Positions 1 to 13,740 of a DNA stretch of 64,000 nucleotides are shown in pieces. Each line of letters begins with the position of its first letter. Positions within the stretch are counted from its first letter, which is position 1. Location of the stretch: positions 248,001 to 312,000 of the forward strand of contig NW_026930562.1 in NCBI RefSeq assembly GCF_032062105.1, read 5' to 3'. This DNA is from Saccostrea cucullata. Lineage: Eukaryota. The position numbers and the translations under genes were made by a program. The notes beneath the pieces were generated by a model. The model did not search any database and was not told the DNA's origin. It worked only from the letters and a program-made list of their open reading frames with translations.

Positions 1-307
1 ATATGATCTTCAATCTATAACTGTAGTTTTGGCGAATACATTATTCCTGGTGACGTAAATATAGTTAATACTATAATGATGATTTTAAACCAATTATTTA
101 AAAAAGGCCAAAATTTAGTGATCCCGATCTATATACTGGCTCCAAATTAAATAAATGTGAAGCATTTTCTTGAAAATAAATTTAGAACATAGAATCTAGA
201 ACATAAAGACAAGCAGAGTAAAGACCACTACATCAACTGTCAAAGCAGTGTTCCTTTGTGTTTTATCGACTAGCAAGCAATAGTGGCAAAGCTGTGCCCC
301 TCCCACT

Positions 308-1626
308 TGTTCAATAAATAATGTCCTGAATTGTATGACATACAAAACAGATATCATATGACATTAAGGTTGACTTTCTCTCATTATTGAATCTTTAATG
401 AATTTATAACAGTTTATGTGACCACTTTTCATCACATAGTTTCATTGTGAGAAGCTGGGAAACAAGGGCTATTCGAGACACTGCATTATAAATGAATGGT
501 AAAGAATCAGTAAACGAGAGTGAAAATAAAAGCTTCATTAAAACTGCCGTAAAACTTGTTAAAAATCCCAAAGAAATATTCACTGAAATATGTGACATTT
601 ACAGCAACCAATGCCTGTTTTATAGACAAATGAGCAGGTGGATTTTAATGATAAAAAACTATATAATGGGCATCAAAAATGGATACCGCCCTTGCCAACA
701 AAAAAATTATAAGAACTTATGTACTGTTTGCCAAGTTTCAACAATATTTGATGATGTATGATTGACTTTAAGACACATAGCAAATTTGATAGACATCCTT
801 TTGGGAGTAGTTTACACTGTTTTTAAGAAACGTTTGACGGTAAAAAAGCTTAGTACTCGAAGGTCACCCTATATTTTGACAAATGAGTGAAAACGACAGC
901 GTGAACGAATGTCTTAACAATTATTTTAAAATATCAGTAATTATAGTTATCCACGTTTGTTTGATATTCAAATAGATAATGGAACTTAAATCTATTGCTT
1001 AAAACCCTCAAAAACAAAATTTAACATAAGATGTACTTGATAAAAACAGCGAAGGTCTGACAAGAGCAAAGAATTGCAAAAGCACAAATACAGATTTATA
1101 TGCAATTTCTTAAATATTTGTGGTATTGTTGTTCAAATTCGTATTCGGGGAGACATATTAATTTCTGGAGGAGTCTAGAAAGCAATTTTTTTTGCAAAAA
1201 AAAGCGAAAGGTTTATCACAGGAAGGACCCAAAATCAGGAATCCACTACATTAAAGTTCTTCATGACAGTGTCCAAACCCGCATGCCCAGAAGATTAAAG
1301 GGGTTTTCGGGATTAACAGAAACTTAATGTTTTTTCACATTAATAACATTCCCCAGATCTTTGACCTTTTGACTTGTTTCTATTTCCAAACTTGAAAAAA
1401 CACCTTTTTGAAGGAAGAAACAAGTCCAGGAAATCATTGGATCTGTCATTTTCCAGTATACCAAGGGTCATACCAAAAATTAGTTCTAAAAAGAATCAGA
1501 AAAATGTTACGGACATGTGTTTTAATTAAAAGAGATTAATAAGTTAAGTCATGAAGACTAAATCATTGAAAAGCGTCTGTTGCTTCTTTCCGAGCACCGA
1601 GGACATTATTTATTGAACAGCCCTCG
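308..1626 (+). mobile_element. Degenerate mariner (Tc1/mariner, ~DD34D) transposon, copy 1; transposase pseudogene
   Basis: Right TIR AGGACATTATTTATTGAACAGCCCTCG followed by TA (1627-1628); partial left TIR TGTTCAATAAATAATGTCCT at 308. Frameshifted transposase motifs: IKTAVKLVKNPKEIF (HTH), LHDS at ~1260, SPDL..FDLFLFPNLK at ~1349-1400. Second and third Asp codons are 106 nt apart. Colinear with the copy at 38495. Confidence 0.85.
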
Positions 1627-1628
1627 TA

Positions 1629-2455
1629 TATCGTCTTTTCAGATCTTTTTTATGCCTTGTCAGAAAATAATGCTGACTTGTCAGATTTTTTTGTTAACTT
1701 GTCACTTATTCACATGTTTAATAATTTGACATGAAAGTGTGGCCATGCCTATGTGTATTGATAACATATTTTTCTGACAATTCGCCATAAAGACCCGAAA
1801 ATTCAAACAAAAAGATCTTACAAGTCAACATGAAGAACTGACAAGTATGTCGACATAATTAATTGCAAGTTAACATGCTTTATTTTCATGTTACATACAT
1901 AAATAAGTCGCTTGTAATCATAATTCTGTTGAATTGTGTATATTTGTGTTAGTTAGTAAGTTTAGCAACATTAAAACCAGAATCTCTGGAATTTGCATGT
2001 CATCATCATTATTATGCAAGTTGATATACATGTAGATAGCTTGCATGATGACAAATTGTTCTAGCATGATAACGTAATTGATTTTGCATGAATGGGGCAG
2101 GAATAACCCACCACTGTTTTATGTTATACATGTGCATAATACATGTCAACATCAATAAGTTACATTGCAACATATTTTTCCATATGTAAATAAACTCCAT
2201 ATCAACATAGATAAGTTTAATCTTGATATGTGGCCCGTCAATATATTTTTCTTTTCTGTCAACATAAATCGGTTGCATGTCAAGATAATTTTGCATCTAG
2301 AATATTCTTCACTGATAATATTTATCTTGTCAAGTTGTCAACATGTATATATGTTACATGTTAAAATTTATATTCCATGCTGATGTTATTATCTTGCATG
2401 TTGACATAACCTATAGAAAAATAACTTGCATACAGGGGACATAAATGTGCCAGTT
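1629..2455. mobile_element. Decayed non-autonomous DNA-transposon-like repeat built of short periodic TTGCATGTTGACATAA / GACTTGTCA units
   Basis: Many degenerate copies of (TT)GCATGT(T/C)(G/A)ACATAA and ACTTGTCA/TGACAAGT in both orientations. Ends are approximate; no TSD read. Confidence 0.5.
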
Positions 2456-3677
2456 TAAATGTCTGAAATGGCAAATGCTTTTGGAGAACATAAATTTTTG
2501 AAAAGTTTACAATGAGTAAAGGTCAAATCCGATTTTAAAAAGAAAAACAAAGAAAAAAAAAAAGAAAAGTGGATTAGAGTTTTTTTTAAAATATGTGTTG
2601 GTAATTTTTTTTTCAGTTTGAGGTAGCGTTAACATTGTGAATTATACGAACACAAGACAAAAAGTATCGTACATCATATTTATGCAAGATGGTTGGACTT
2701 AACAACTGAAAATATCTTAATTCATAGTAAGGAGCGTGGATATGGTTGACTATTTACATAAATGACTTATTAAATGTGTCTTTATGTGGACGGAAAACTA
2801 ATGTAAAACAGACGGAGGTTCCGGAGAGTAGTTAGAGGCGAGCATAAAACAATGATTTAAATGGTAGTTGAGAGGTCGGCAAGGATGCATGCTACAGAAA
2901 ATGCATTTATCCAGGAAACTTTTCGGTTTGTTCTTACAGAATGGGACATCAAATGCAGGTTAATGGGAGCAATATATTCCATAACACTGATTTAGTGTCA
3001 AAATTGGTTGTATTTGAACACAAAAACATTCAAATTGCATCCTCAATGTATCGTCTTTCAATTTAAAAAAGTGTCATTACAAATCCCCCTACTTTATTAA
3101 AGTACAGGTTTACAAGTACCTGCGCAATCTTTTTAATAATGTTTTTCATACATCAAAATATTTATCCAAAATAAAAGAATAATTTTGCTCTCTATCTAAA
3201 ATTTTCAAAAAATGTTTTAAAAGAACAAATAAACTGTACATACACAATGTATGTCAAACAATATGCATAGTACAGTATAATTAAATAATCATGAGAAAAA
3301 CAACAAGCACATTGGAACTCTATAATGTAATGAGAAAAAAAAACTACATGTTAACTTTCGACATAATATCAAAAACAATAAGGAAAGTTACTGTAGATAC
3401 TTATATTTAAACATATCCCCTCCTAAAGCAGGAAGGATAACTCTTAAAGTTATTATTCAATCAATTAAGTCTTAAAATAGAGTTATAATCTGTCATCTTT
3501 ATAGGAAGCAATTTCACTTTTATGCATCTCAATATGATCCAAGTTTTTTTTTTAAGTCTTGGAAACTGATGTGTAAAAGGTGAACATCGCACCCCATTAA
3601 AGATAAAGAAAAATAGAGAACACAAATTTCCTTTAATTTAGCATTAGACACAAATTCTTAAAAAGGATCTGTGATGC

Positions 3678-4232
3678 CTTTCCTTGGTCATTTGCAAAAT
3701 TATTTTGTATAAAACATTTTGATTGTTCACACAAATACCCTAAATTAATATTAGAAAGATGCTTTAGTTTCTGATTGACAGCATATATGTGATTTTTGTA
3801 GACCAGGTCTTCCAACAATCTATTGGAATTCCCATGGGTACCAATTGCGCACCGTTATTAGCAGACCTATTTCTGTATTTATATAAAGCAGATTTTGTTC
3901 AAAATTATACACGTGAATAGAAGAAAACACTTGCTGTGTCCTTCAACTCGACATTTAGAGATATCGACGACGTATTGTCAATTAACAATGGTTATATTTC
4001 CATTCTTATACGATATATATGAGCTTGATATAAAAGATACCACAGATTATGACATCTGTTTCACATTTAATTTACTAGAAAAGCATTAATGGTAAACTAA
4101 AAACCAAAGTTTATTGATAAACATGATGGCTTTAACTTTTCAATCGTCAACTTCCCTTTTTTGCAGCAATGTACCTTCATCACCTGCATACGGAGTTTAT
4201 ATATCTCAGTTGATTCGATAGACAAGAGCATG
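3678..4232 (+). mobile_element. Penelope-like (Naiad-type) retroelement RT fragment
   Basis: Encodes QVFQQSIGIPMGTNCAPLLADLFL and RDIDDV (YIDD-equivalent) with frameshifts; homologous to 35640-37087. Confidence 0.85.
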
Positions 4233-4254
4233 CATACATGTTTAATATTTAAAA

Positions 4255-4784
4255 CTGAACAGACGATATTTTTTTAATAATCAAAATAACTTCATGAGTT
4301 ACATTGGTTTTAAATATTGACTTAAGTCTGATCTCAGTTCATGGTTTTGCAGCCAGGTCCCAGGTAAGCCTAAGTAAAAATCTTTCTGTTGCACTAAAAC
4401 GTTGCCGATGTCAAACAGGCCGAAATCAAACTGTTTAACAAAATTGTTTTAAAGAAGATTTGTTATCTGCAATATAAAAGATTGATTCCATGAATAATAA
4501 ATGTCTTACAGGAGTTTGAAAATTTAACTTAAGTCTAAGTCTGTTTCATGATCCTGGGGCCTGGTCCCGGGATCATGAAACATCTTAAGCTTAAGTCAAA
4601 ATCTTTATTTTATTATAAAATGTTGTAAAGGTCGAGAAGACCAAATTTACAATATTTTTTTAATATTGCTTCTCAAAAGAGTTGTTATCTGCAAATTTCT
4701 AATTAAATTCCTCAATTAATGTATATTTATAAGTGATAGAAATTTTGACTTAAGTCTAAGTTTGTTTCATGATCCTGGGGCCTG
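4255..4784. mobile_element. Tandem array of ~205-220 bp MITEs (one partial + two full), Harbinger-like
   Basis: Units 4357-4560 and 4564-4781. The latter has TIRs GTCCCGGGATCATGAAAC...GTTTCATGATCCTGGGGC; the left TIR of the former is degenerate. Units are separated and flanked by CWG trinucleotides (CAG 4354, CTG 4561, CTG 4782). Confidence 0.7.
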
Positions 4785-5304
4785 GTATCCAAAAACACAT
4801 AGATATTGTCTAGAAACGAGCATTTTTTTATATTTAATCTCAGATTATCTGTGTGTACAAAAGAATTTTTTTACAAAATAATAAATGTTTAGCATGTAGT
4901 ATACTATTGTGTTAAATAAAATTTATAATTTTAATTGTTATGAATATTAAAAGTATTTAATTTTTTTTTTTATTAGTTCCTCCTTAGAAAGAAAGTTATG
5001 GGTATAAGTGGGATTATACCACTTATGGTTTTAAAAAAGTAATAAACCTAATAAAAAAAAGGAAATATATATTTCAATGCGTCCTTCTGATGGATTTAAA
5101 TGAATTCAATTATTCAAAGTCTCTATGCAAATCAAATACGATGCCAATGTTGATGCACCAGATGGTTATGTCTCGTCAGTGATGGTCATGCTGAAACGTT
5201 TGGAAATCCAACAGATTTAAATTTAATCAAATTAATTTCAATGAATTAAAATCAAAATAACTAGTTGAAAAATGGGATTCAACTAGGACAAAATAGGTGT
5301 AATA

Positions 5305-6353
5305 CCGGTGATGTAGAGTAGGGTTTCCCCCATAGCCAGCTTCCCCCCCCCCCCGGAAATCCTACTCAAGAGAAGGCACCAGAGCCAAATTTCCCCCTCT
5401 TTTCGAATTCTTCTCAGAGTAGACTAATTTACAAACTAATTTTCAACAGGTAAATGAGTGGGGTTTTTTTTACCTATGTTGTAAGAATTTATTTTCTAAG
5501 CATATATTTCAAATCATGGAATCTCAACAAAAAAATATAGCTTTCAAAAGAAATGTGTAGATTCTCAAAATATATGATGAAACAAACAAAAATGAATGTC
5601 TGTATTAGTATATATTTTTGGACCTATTTTGCTTTTAAATGATTTTAATAATAATCTTTCTAAAATAAAAAAAATTGTTTTGTCATATTTAATCTCCTTT
5701 TTTTTCTCTGTAGTGTTTGTACGAGAAAGTGTAAGTATAAGTATGGAATGAAAATTACAAAAGTTTTAAAATAATAATTATAATTCTGACACTTGATAAA
5801 TGGCTAAAATTTTATTTTTCACTTGGGTCAAACAATGAAAATATCTTTAGCTGTCTTGCTGTCAATAATTATATTTTGTTAAGTAAAAATTAAAGAGAAC
5901 ACGTTAGCTGCATAGTAGTATTATAGTTGAAAAAAAAAAAATCGTGATCAAGTACAATAGCCCAAAAAAAATCGGATTTGAAATTTTCATGTTCATTTCT
6001 CGTATTCGTATGTTCAATACACCCGGTCACCATTTTGAAGAAGGAACACTTGTAGCAATGTGCCAACCATTCCTCCTAAAAAAATAAGATAAGTAATTAT
6101 ATTTCATTGAGGGAAAATTTGGCTCTTGGGGAAATTGCACTCTATAACTACTACAGAGTGTACACCGAGTAGGATTTCCCCCCGGAGAATGACTCTGATG
6201 TGGGATTTCCGTAGGTGAAATCCTACTCTAGAGCCAGTTTTCCTAGATGGAAATCCTGCTCTAGAGCCAGTTTTCCGGGGGGGGGATTCTACTCTATGGC
6301 CAGTTTTCCGGGGGAAAGATTTTAGGGAGGGCAAGTCTTCTCTACAAGACCGG
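5305..6353. mobile_element. Non-autonomous TIR DNA transposon with TA TSD and internal ~32-bp repeats
   Basis: TA|CCGGTGATGTAGAG...CTCTACAAGACCGG|TA; subterminal repeats AAATCCT(A/G)CTCTAGAGCCAGTTTTCC at ~6215-6320. Confidence 0.75.
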
Positions 6354-6384
6354 TATAAAATTTTAATTTGGAAAGTTAACTTTC

Positions 6385-7020
6385 TTATGAGAGGATCGGT
6401 CCGGCCCTCACACTAAGATCGGTCATGATATTGACAATTTTAGTAAAAAAATTCATTGCTATTTTTAACTTTGCATGAAGTTTATTTCTTAATTCCCAGA
6501 AGAATAGAATTTTTAAGTAAATAATGCATTTTTACTTTTTAATCAAAACCCTGTCCTCACTCAAAAATCCCTGATCCTGTGGCTACGATTTTCATAATTT
6601 TGGTAGAGGCATCTTAATCATACATCTGGTTAATCTCCATAATATATAAAGAAGAGAAGATATTTAGGATTGCATTAATATTAACTTACAAGAACCCCGC
6701 CTAATAGTCAGTAACTATGATCATGGTGCCAAGAATTCCATAATTTTGGTACAAGTCTCAACGCATATTACAATCCTGCTAATAATTTGACGTTTGATGG
6801 CAATGGGTAGAAAAGAAGATATTTAAATATATCACTTATATTTATAATTTTTATTCCAAGCCCTTCAGGAGTCAGGGACCTTGAGATTTAAAATTATTGT
6901 TTTCCCTTTCCTCAAAATTAGTTTGAAGGTTCCAAGGGGAGGCACGTACGGTGCATTGGAATAACAACAGACGAAAAGACATAGCAAATTATAGGTCATC
7001 TGACTGACTCAAGTGACTTT
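6385..7020. mobile_element. Decayed Helentron/Helitron-like non-autonomous element
   Basis: Terminal imperfect hairpin AGGTCATCTGACTGACTCAAGTGACTTT (~6993-7020); internal repeated CATAATTTTGGTA motif. Boundaries approximate. Confidence 0.45.
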
Positions 7021-8589
7021 AGAAATAAGAAGATTAAAGGACACCATCTCTTCTGCAAATATTTTCAGTAAAACAAGTAGATTCCTTTTAATGTTTTGTT
7101 TTGTAAAAAAAAAAAAATCCTTAAAAATTTCATGTCAAAATTTCAGTCATAATAATAAAAGGGTTTGGTTCGGTAAACTTACTTCTCATCACGAGTACGA
7201 AAAGTATAGTGTATGTGCATTGAGGCAGAAAAAATGTGAATTGCTATGTTTAGTTACTAGAAAGACTTTCAACACAATTTCCTATAGACACTATTGATCA
7301 CCATTGAAAAAAAACATGCAAAGCACCGGTTGACAGCGTGTTGATAGGCTTAAATATTTGACCAAGATTTTTGACCTGTTCTTGGATCGATATTTTGAAA
7401 TAGCATAAATGTGTTAAATATCTTATGAAAAGGGGGGAATAAATCTATACTCCCTATGTACATGGAATTAAGTTATAGAATTTATTGTTTAAATTATAGT
7501 GCTTTACTTTTTGCAATCTTTAGATGTTGCTGAAGTTGATATTTGCCGACCCCGGGATCAATAAGCACATTAAGAAATAAATCACATATATATTGATTGA
7601 AAAGAAATCAAGGAAACCTATTTTAATTGAATATCTATGCAAAAACAAATATTTATATCAGTTGTCGTTGGTTTTATTCGTTTTCTCAATGAAAACTTTT
7701 TATTTTGGTTCTTAAGTTACTAAAAATGAAAATTATTCTACACTCTTCTTTTAAAATAAAAACAATAGTTAAAAATGACATGTTAAAATAAGATTACTCT
7801 TGGAGATAATAAAGAAAAACAATCGTTTGTTTATATATTTAATGTGGTTATCATTTTTATTTTAGTTTTTAATGACACATACGACAAAGTATCGTTCATG
7901 TGAAAATAACTTACTTTACACGATTTGAAAGGCATAGTAAGATGAATATATGTTAACTCTGCATTCCACAGAAAAGCGACTGACTTTAAATCGTCTATTT
8001 AATAAGTAAAACAGTGTCAATATATTCAACATTCTGTTTTTAGCAACCACAACGATTTACCACAAGGAAAAGTGATAATTTGTAAATGATCCTACATTAA
8101 CAAACCTGGTCATTCACATTCGGAAGGTATATAATTGATAGTCTAATTAAACTATTTCACAATTCTGTGAATGAATGAAAACGTGGATTTCATGTACATC
8201 CTTAGGGTATACAAAATAAGAGCAACTGATGAGAAAGGAATCGTCTTTCCCGCTTCGAAGAGACCACTTACATTTTGCTTGCAAATCTTTTCTTTTTTTA
8301 GCTAACTACTATTGACAAGGATACTTTTAGTACTTCTTACTGCCATCTATGATATAAATATACAAATATATCTTTTGAAAAAAAATAAAATTGCCGTTCT
8401 ACCATATTTATTTCAGCAAACTTTATTTACGAATACAAAACAAATAAGGCTTCATATCATTCTCTTTGTAGCTTATGTAGTCTTGATTTCCCAACGATAA
8501 TCTGAAATAGTCATACATGACTCTTAATTAGCCAAGACTTCCATCTTTATATGACTGCCTTCACATTTTTTCAATGATACTTTTTAAAA

Positions 8590-8838
8590 CTAGAGGTACT
8601 GTGAGCAATAAGCTCACTAAATGGTACCCCCGCCTCCAATATGAATATAGTGACAGCGTCCATGTTTTGCTATTGGAAACCCAAAATATGTGTCGGATCA
8701 AAAAGTAAAATAGGAGGCAAGATGTATTAAAGATTCTGTAAAAGTGAATTTCATTCAGTGGTATGAGGCGTTGCGGATAAGAGATGGGTACCCCAAAGCG
8801 TAACAGACGGACGGTCGGAAATTCCGATTACTATATAC
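8590..8838. mobile_element. Truncated copy of the ~311-bp Helentron-like element also found at 59728-60350
   Basis: CTAGAGGTACTGTGAGC...GCGGATAAGAGATGGGTACCCCAAAGCGTAACAGACGGACGG...GATTACTATATAC matches the units at 59728 and 60039. Confidence 0.85.
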
Positions 8839-8841
8839 AAA

Positions 8842-9130
8842 TTGGGAGCAGAGAAAACTCGGACCTCTTAAACTCAAATACCATGAAGCAGTGAGCATCC
8901 TCTACCGAACACAACCACCGGGTGCTCTTTGTTATGATGAGGCAACTGGAAAATTCGTAGACAATTTAGTGTGCAAATAAGAGTCCAACAATATGTTTGA
9001 AAAACGTCAATCAACCTTTGACTTTACGATAGATAATATTTGCTAAAAATCTGATGACAAAATTTGTGAAATTTGAATCAGCGACTTATTTTCAATAGCT
9101 TGCCTTTTTTCGAATTTTTTGTAACTTTTG
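8842..9130 (-). mobile_element. Penelope-like element 3' end fragment
   Basis: CCATGAAGCAGTGAGCATCC and CGTAGACAATTTAGTGTG...AAAACGTCAATCAAC match the reverse complement of the element 3' region. Confidence 0.65.
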
Positions 9131-10237
9131 AGTAAATGACAAGAAGTAGATGAACCTATATCTTTTCTTTAAACAACTGCCATTGTGAGTTTGCTTTTAT
9201 ATTAAATAATTTTAATCCCAGATGTCACGAGGAAGAAGAAACGTACACTTATTAAGATGTAGTTTTGAAAATTTCTATCTCTAATCCGATGCAATATCTA
9301 ATTAACAAAAAAGGCATGCATTTATTTTGATTAAAATAGTATGCGTTTTAAAAAGTCCCTAGCTATATTGAAACGACTTACGTAGACCTTTTAAATGTTT
9401 CACCTTTTTGCCTAAATGGTGCCACATAAGGTCCTTCTATGGTTTAAAATACAAAAATGAACTCATGAAATGCTTATTTACAAAGATAAATTGTTTTGCA
9501 TGATATATTGTTATGTCAGAAAATAGACAATTATACTATGAAGGTCTTTTATACAAACATCAATGATTATTTTTAGTTTTAACCACATATTTTGAACCAT
9601 ATTTCTTTAAAAAAAATCATATGACAAGTCTTTCATAAAATGTAAATAGGGGCCGTAAAAGAGTTTTCTTAATTCAAGGTGATGTAATCAGTGTATTAAT
9701 TTTCAGACAAGTTTTCCTGTACAAGAAATGTGTGGTATAAACACAGATTAGGTAGCTGTCTAGTGAGTTATTGAATTTCCGACGATCTGGTTTATACCCA
9801 TCTGAAGCTAACTGGGTAACATTGACAACATTCTTCACCAGAGGGTGCAGTAAAATATGTGAGCTAAAAAAGACAATCCCTCGAACGAACAACGAAGTTT
9901 ATATTAGATTCTACTTAACCTTGGCGAATGAACGCTATTTACAAATGGTTATATAACCCAGTTGTTTGCATAAAATTCCAATAATTTCACAATTTGATTT
10001 GTTTCAGCCCTTATTCTCTTAAGCTTACAATTGCTACAGTAGTTGTGGGATGGTTGACGCTAAGGTTTATTACATTGCTTCGGGGTTATTTTACTCATAA
10101 TGCAACACTAACAATTAAAGGTGCAGTTGCATTGTTTATTAGTCATAGTTACTTGCATGATTATGTAAAAAATTAATTGATATACACTTTTTTCCTTGAC
10201 GGTTGTTTACTTACATAGGAAAATTAAAAAAAATGAT

Positions 10238-10356
10238 CACTCCTTCATGGCACCTGACCCACTTATGTTTTAGAGGTCCGTGTTTGTTCTGCTCCTATTT
10301 TGTAATGACTTATGGACAGTTGAGCTTGAATACTGTTTGTCTCCGTATATTTCATT
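10238..10356 (+). mobile_element. Penelope-like element solo 3' terminus
   Basis: CACTCCTTCATGGCACCTGACCCAC...TTAGAGGTCCGTGTTTGTTCTGCTCC...ATATTTCAT. Confidence 0.75.
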
Positions 10357-10850
10357 ACTAATTCTTGGTCTAATTTATGTTAAGAATATTTTAATCTATT
10401 ACTAATTGTGTGATTAACTGTTAATAACCATTTTTTTTATCTTACTTCTAAGGGCAGATCACTCTAACTGCATAAACTAACATATAAATAAACTCTCCAG
10501 TGTTCAGTGTTTTGAGATTCCTTAAAGCAAGGTGAAATTACTCAAAAGAAAAATTTATTTTGACTCCTCTATGATAAAATGTATCTAATTATGCGAACCT
10601 TATACAATCTAAATATCATCAACGAGGGTAGGTGAGTTTACAAAAATCAATTATGATTACTTATACAATTATATTGATTTTATGTTGTTTTTATATGAGA
10701 ATTTGTCACTCATACAACATGTATAAAAACGTCACCGGATACCGTAAGGATAAGGAAATAAAGTTGATAAACGATTTTCGAGCTTGAAGTCCATTAAACA
10801 ATACAAATCGGTAGCACAGCCTGCATGGGGCTCCAAAAGCATAAAAGATA

Positions 10851-11562
10851 GGATCAGGTGCCACGGAGGAGTGTCTTGCCCTGTCCCCTGCCGACTGGTC
10901 GTACCTCCTATGAACGCCTTGTCATGAGCGAAGAAAAAACCCCGCAAAAATCCTTAGACAATTTAGTGTGTAAATGATGGTCTAACAAAAAGTATATAAA
11001 ACGACCGTTAGCATTTAACTTAAGGATAGGTAGTTTTAGCCGACAAGGTCATTGTATCGACCATAAAACTAGCGAAATGATTACTTCAAACCAGATTGTT
11101 GATATCCCTGATTTATCAACTTATTTGTCATTAACTTGTCTCGTTTTAAAAATTGTTCACACGTATAACATGCGCTGGCGTATTTAAGTAACTGAAAGAC
11201 ATAAATCCCAATATGGAGGGGATGAGAATATATTGCAACATAAATCAGGGAAGTTGATGATTGAAAAGTTGAGATCATGTTCATCGTGAAAAATTTTGTT
11301 AGATGACCGTTAATGTTTTTCCTGGTAAAATATCCAAATATGAAACAAATGTGTCAGATTCAGTGGTATCTTTTATTCCAAGCTCATAAGTTTATTTTTC
11401 GAGTCGGTATATGAATGGGAGTTATACTATTGTTAATTAATAATGAGTCGTCGATATATCAAAATGTCGATCTGAAGGAAAGAATAAGACTTTTATTCTT
11501 CTTCTTATGTTATATTTTTCATTTCTAAATTCTGCTTTATGTGAATACAAAAAGGTCTGCTT
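10851..11562 (-). mobile_element. Penelope-like element, 5'-truncated (RT C-terminal half + 3' motif)
   Basis: GGATCAGGTGCCACGGAGGAGTG motif; ORF 11081-11284 (QLLKYASACYTCEQFLKR) matches the RT C-terminus; YIDD-type GTCGTCGATATA at ~11447. Confidence 0.8.
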
Positions 11563-11799
11563 TGTACATTCAAAATACTACTATTCACAGTAATTATCAT
11601 TCCTTCTCTCTCTATATATATAATTATTTAACATATAAATAGACTTGGAAGCATTACACATTTTCAACAGCACTGGAAAGGCAAGTTATGATTTTTTCCA
11701 CTGAACAAACAAATAATGTCGTCAATTTACACAATTTCCTTAAGAAGGTTTGATTAATATCTGTCATCAAATAACAGTATTTGAAAATAACACTTGCAT

Positions 11800-12573
11800 A
11801 AACATAATTCGACTTCTTCATAAGAAGAGGAAAACACTTGTTGTGGCTTTCATTCCAACAGTTGGATATGTCGACGATGTTTCACTAATAAACATTGTTA
11901 TTTCAATACAAATGCCGACTCGATGTATCCTAGTGAACTAAAAAACACACAGAGTCGGCCACATCTGCTTCATATAAGAATGTTAAAATACTGACTTTAA
12001 AATAGGCGATAAAGGCCAACTAACTATTCAATTCTACATGCATGACAAACAAGATTGCATCAACTTTCCTTATTTGTTTATTAAAATATTACACTATGAC
12101 CTGCTTGTGGTGTGCGTGTATGCCATTTATCCGCTTCTAAAGAGCTTGCTCTGTGTACTATAAATTTTAAAAGGAAAACAAACTATTCTTTGATAAGTTT
12201 ATGTTAAAGGAACTTCAACAACCACCTTTAAATTCGGAATTTTGTAAATTCTATGGTCCCTGTGATGATCGTAGAAGTGAATAAACCTATCATCAATTTG
12301 TAATTTGGTTAAATTGTTACATATCAATTGTTTAATTATTAGACCTTTGCATTTATTCTGAAGTTGACTACTGAAAGTGTCGTCTACTTGATTAATTCAT
12401 ATAAAATGCTCTGGGCGGGTGTGACCGGTCCAAAAGGGATGCTTACTCCTTCCTAGGTATCTGATCCCACTTATTTCAATTTCAGGGATCCGTGTTTCAT
12501 GAACTCTCAAATATGTAATATTTATAGATTTTTTTTTTAGATTGATCACCGTTATTTATCTTCAACTTTACAT
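11800..12573 (+). mobile_element. Penelope-like element, 5'-truncated (RT C-terminal half + 3' motif)
   Basis: KRKTLVVAF...GYVDDV (ORF 11750) and 3' motif GGCGGGTGTGACCGGTC...GGGATGCTTACTCCTTCCTAGGTATCTGATCCCAC at ~12414-12470. Confidence 0.8.
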
Positions 12574-13740
12574 TTTTAACAGAAAATCTCTCCCCAACGA
12601 TGTTTTACACATTCTGTTAAATTCGAGTAAAAAGTGAATTAATATCTGATTTTTTTTTTATCATTAAACAAATAACACACACATTTTTTAAAACACAAGA
12701 AAAGCAAAAACTTAAAACTTTCCTTTTTTAAAAAGATTTATGCGTGATTTCCTAAAATGAACCAAATTCTTAGGTATGGCATTAATTATTCTCACCTTTC
12801 CAAAATTGTTTTATGTACGATAAGATACATAAATTATGAAACTACTTCAATACAAACACAAAAATTTAACTTGTTTATTTGTTTTAACTTTTAAGATTGC
12901 ATAAATATGCATATAAACGTGGTTGGCATTCTTTTCCATCGGCTGTTTACGCTGTTAAAAAAAAAATTAAAAGTTATTAAAGTTTTTGAAGGCAAACTAG
13001 TTAACCGTTTTTGGATTGTACGTACATATGTGATTTAAACAGTGACAATAAATAATTTCACAAAAACGTCATGTTAAAATCTATAATTTTAAGAGGTCTC
13101 TTTAAATTCTTTGAAATTTTTATGTAATAGATGAGTATGGATAAGAATATCTTACTTTGATGAGTTTCCTTCATTTTTTTTTTTATTTTCTTTGAAAGAT
13201 AAATGACGTTATATACGTTATATGATGACTACACCCCAACCCCACCCTCCAACCCCCAACCCCACCCACCCCCAAAATGGATATTTTTATTAGAATTATT
13301 CTCTCACTCTCTTAATTTTCAAAATTCTTTCATCATTTATGTATCATTGTCGTTTCAATTTTTTTCCATTCAAAAAAAGAAATCACCTTTTGGCTTGATT
13401 TAGAGAGGCAAACTCAACCAAGAACTGAATATATAGTTATGTAAGTATACGACAGTAAGGATGAAATATACACCCATTGGTTGTGAGTTCTACCAATCAT
13501 CATAGTTGTCTTTATGTTATGAAGGGGTATATAAATGCTTTTATCTTTAGAGTTTATTTTCATGTAAGGCTGAGAGCAATACATGCTTTATTGTGTGACT
13601 TTTATGGAAAATCAAAGATTATCCGATGTCGAATTTGAATCACAGTAGATCATAGGGTTATCTGCCTAAGAAATATCAATTACTGTCGGAACAATAGCTA
13701 AAGTGAAGTTTGAACAGCTAGGTTGAATACCTACAGAAAA

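Noticed and set aside
6104-6334. 76-aa ORF with repeated RKTG units
   Set aside because: Translation of subterminal repeats of the TIR element 5305-6353.
9674-10176. Short ORFs as possible upstream exons of the CAP gene
   Set aside because: A better in-phase signal-peptide exon exists at 13856-13901; these ORFs have no recognisable motifs.
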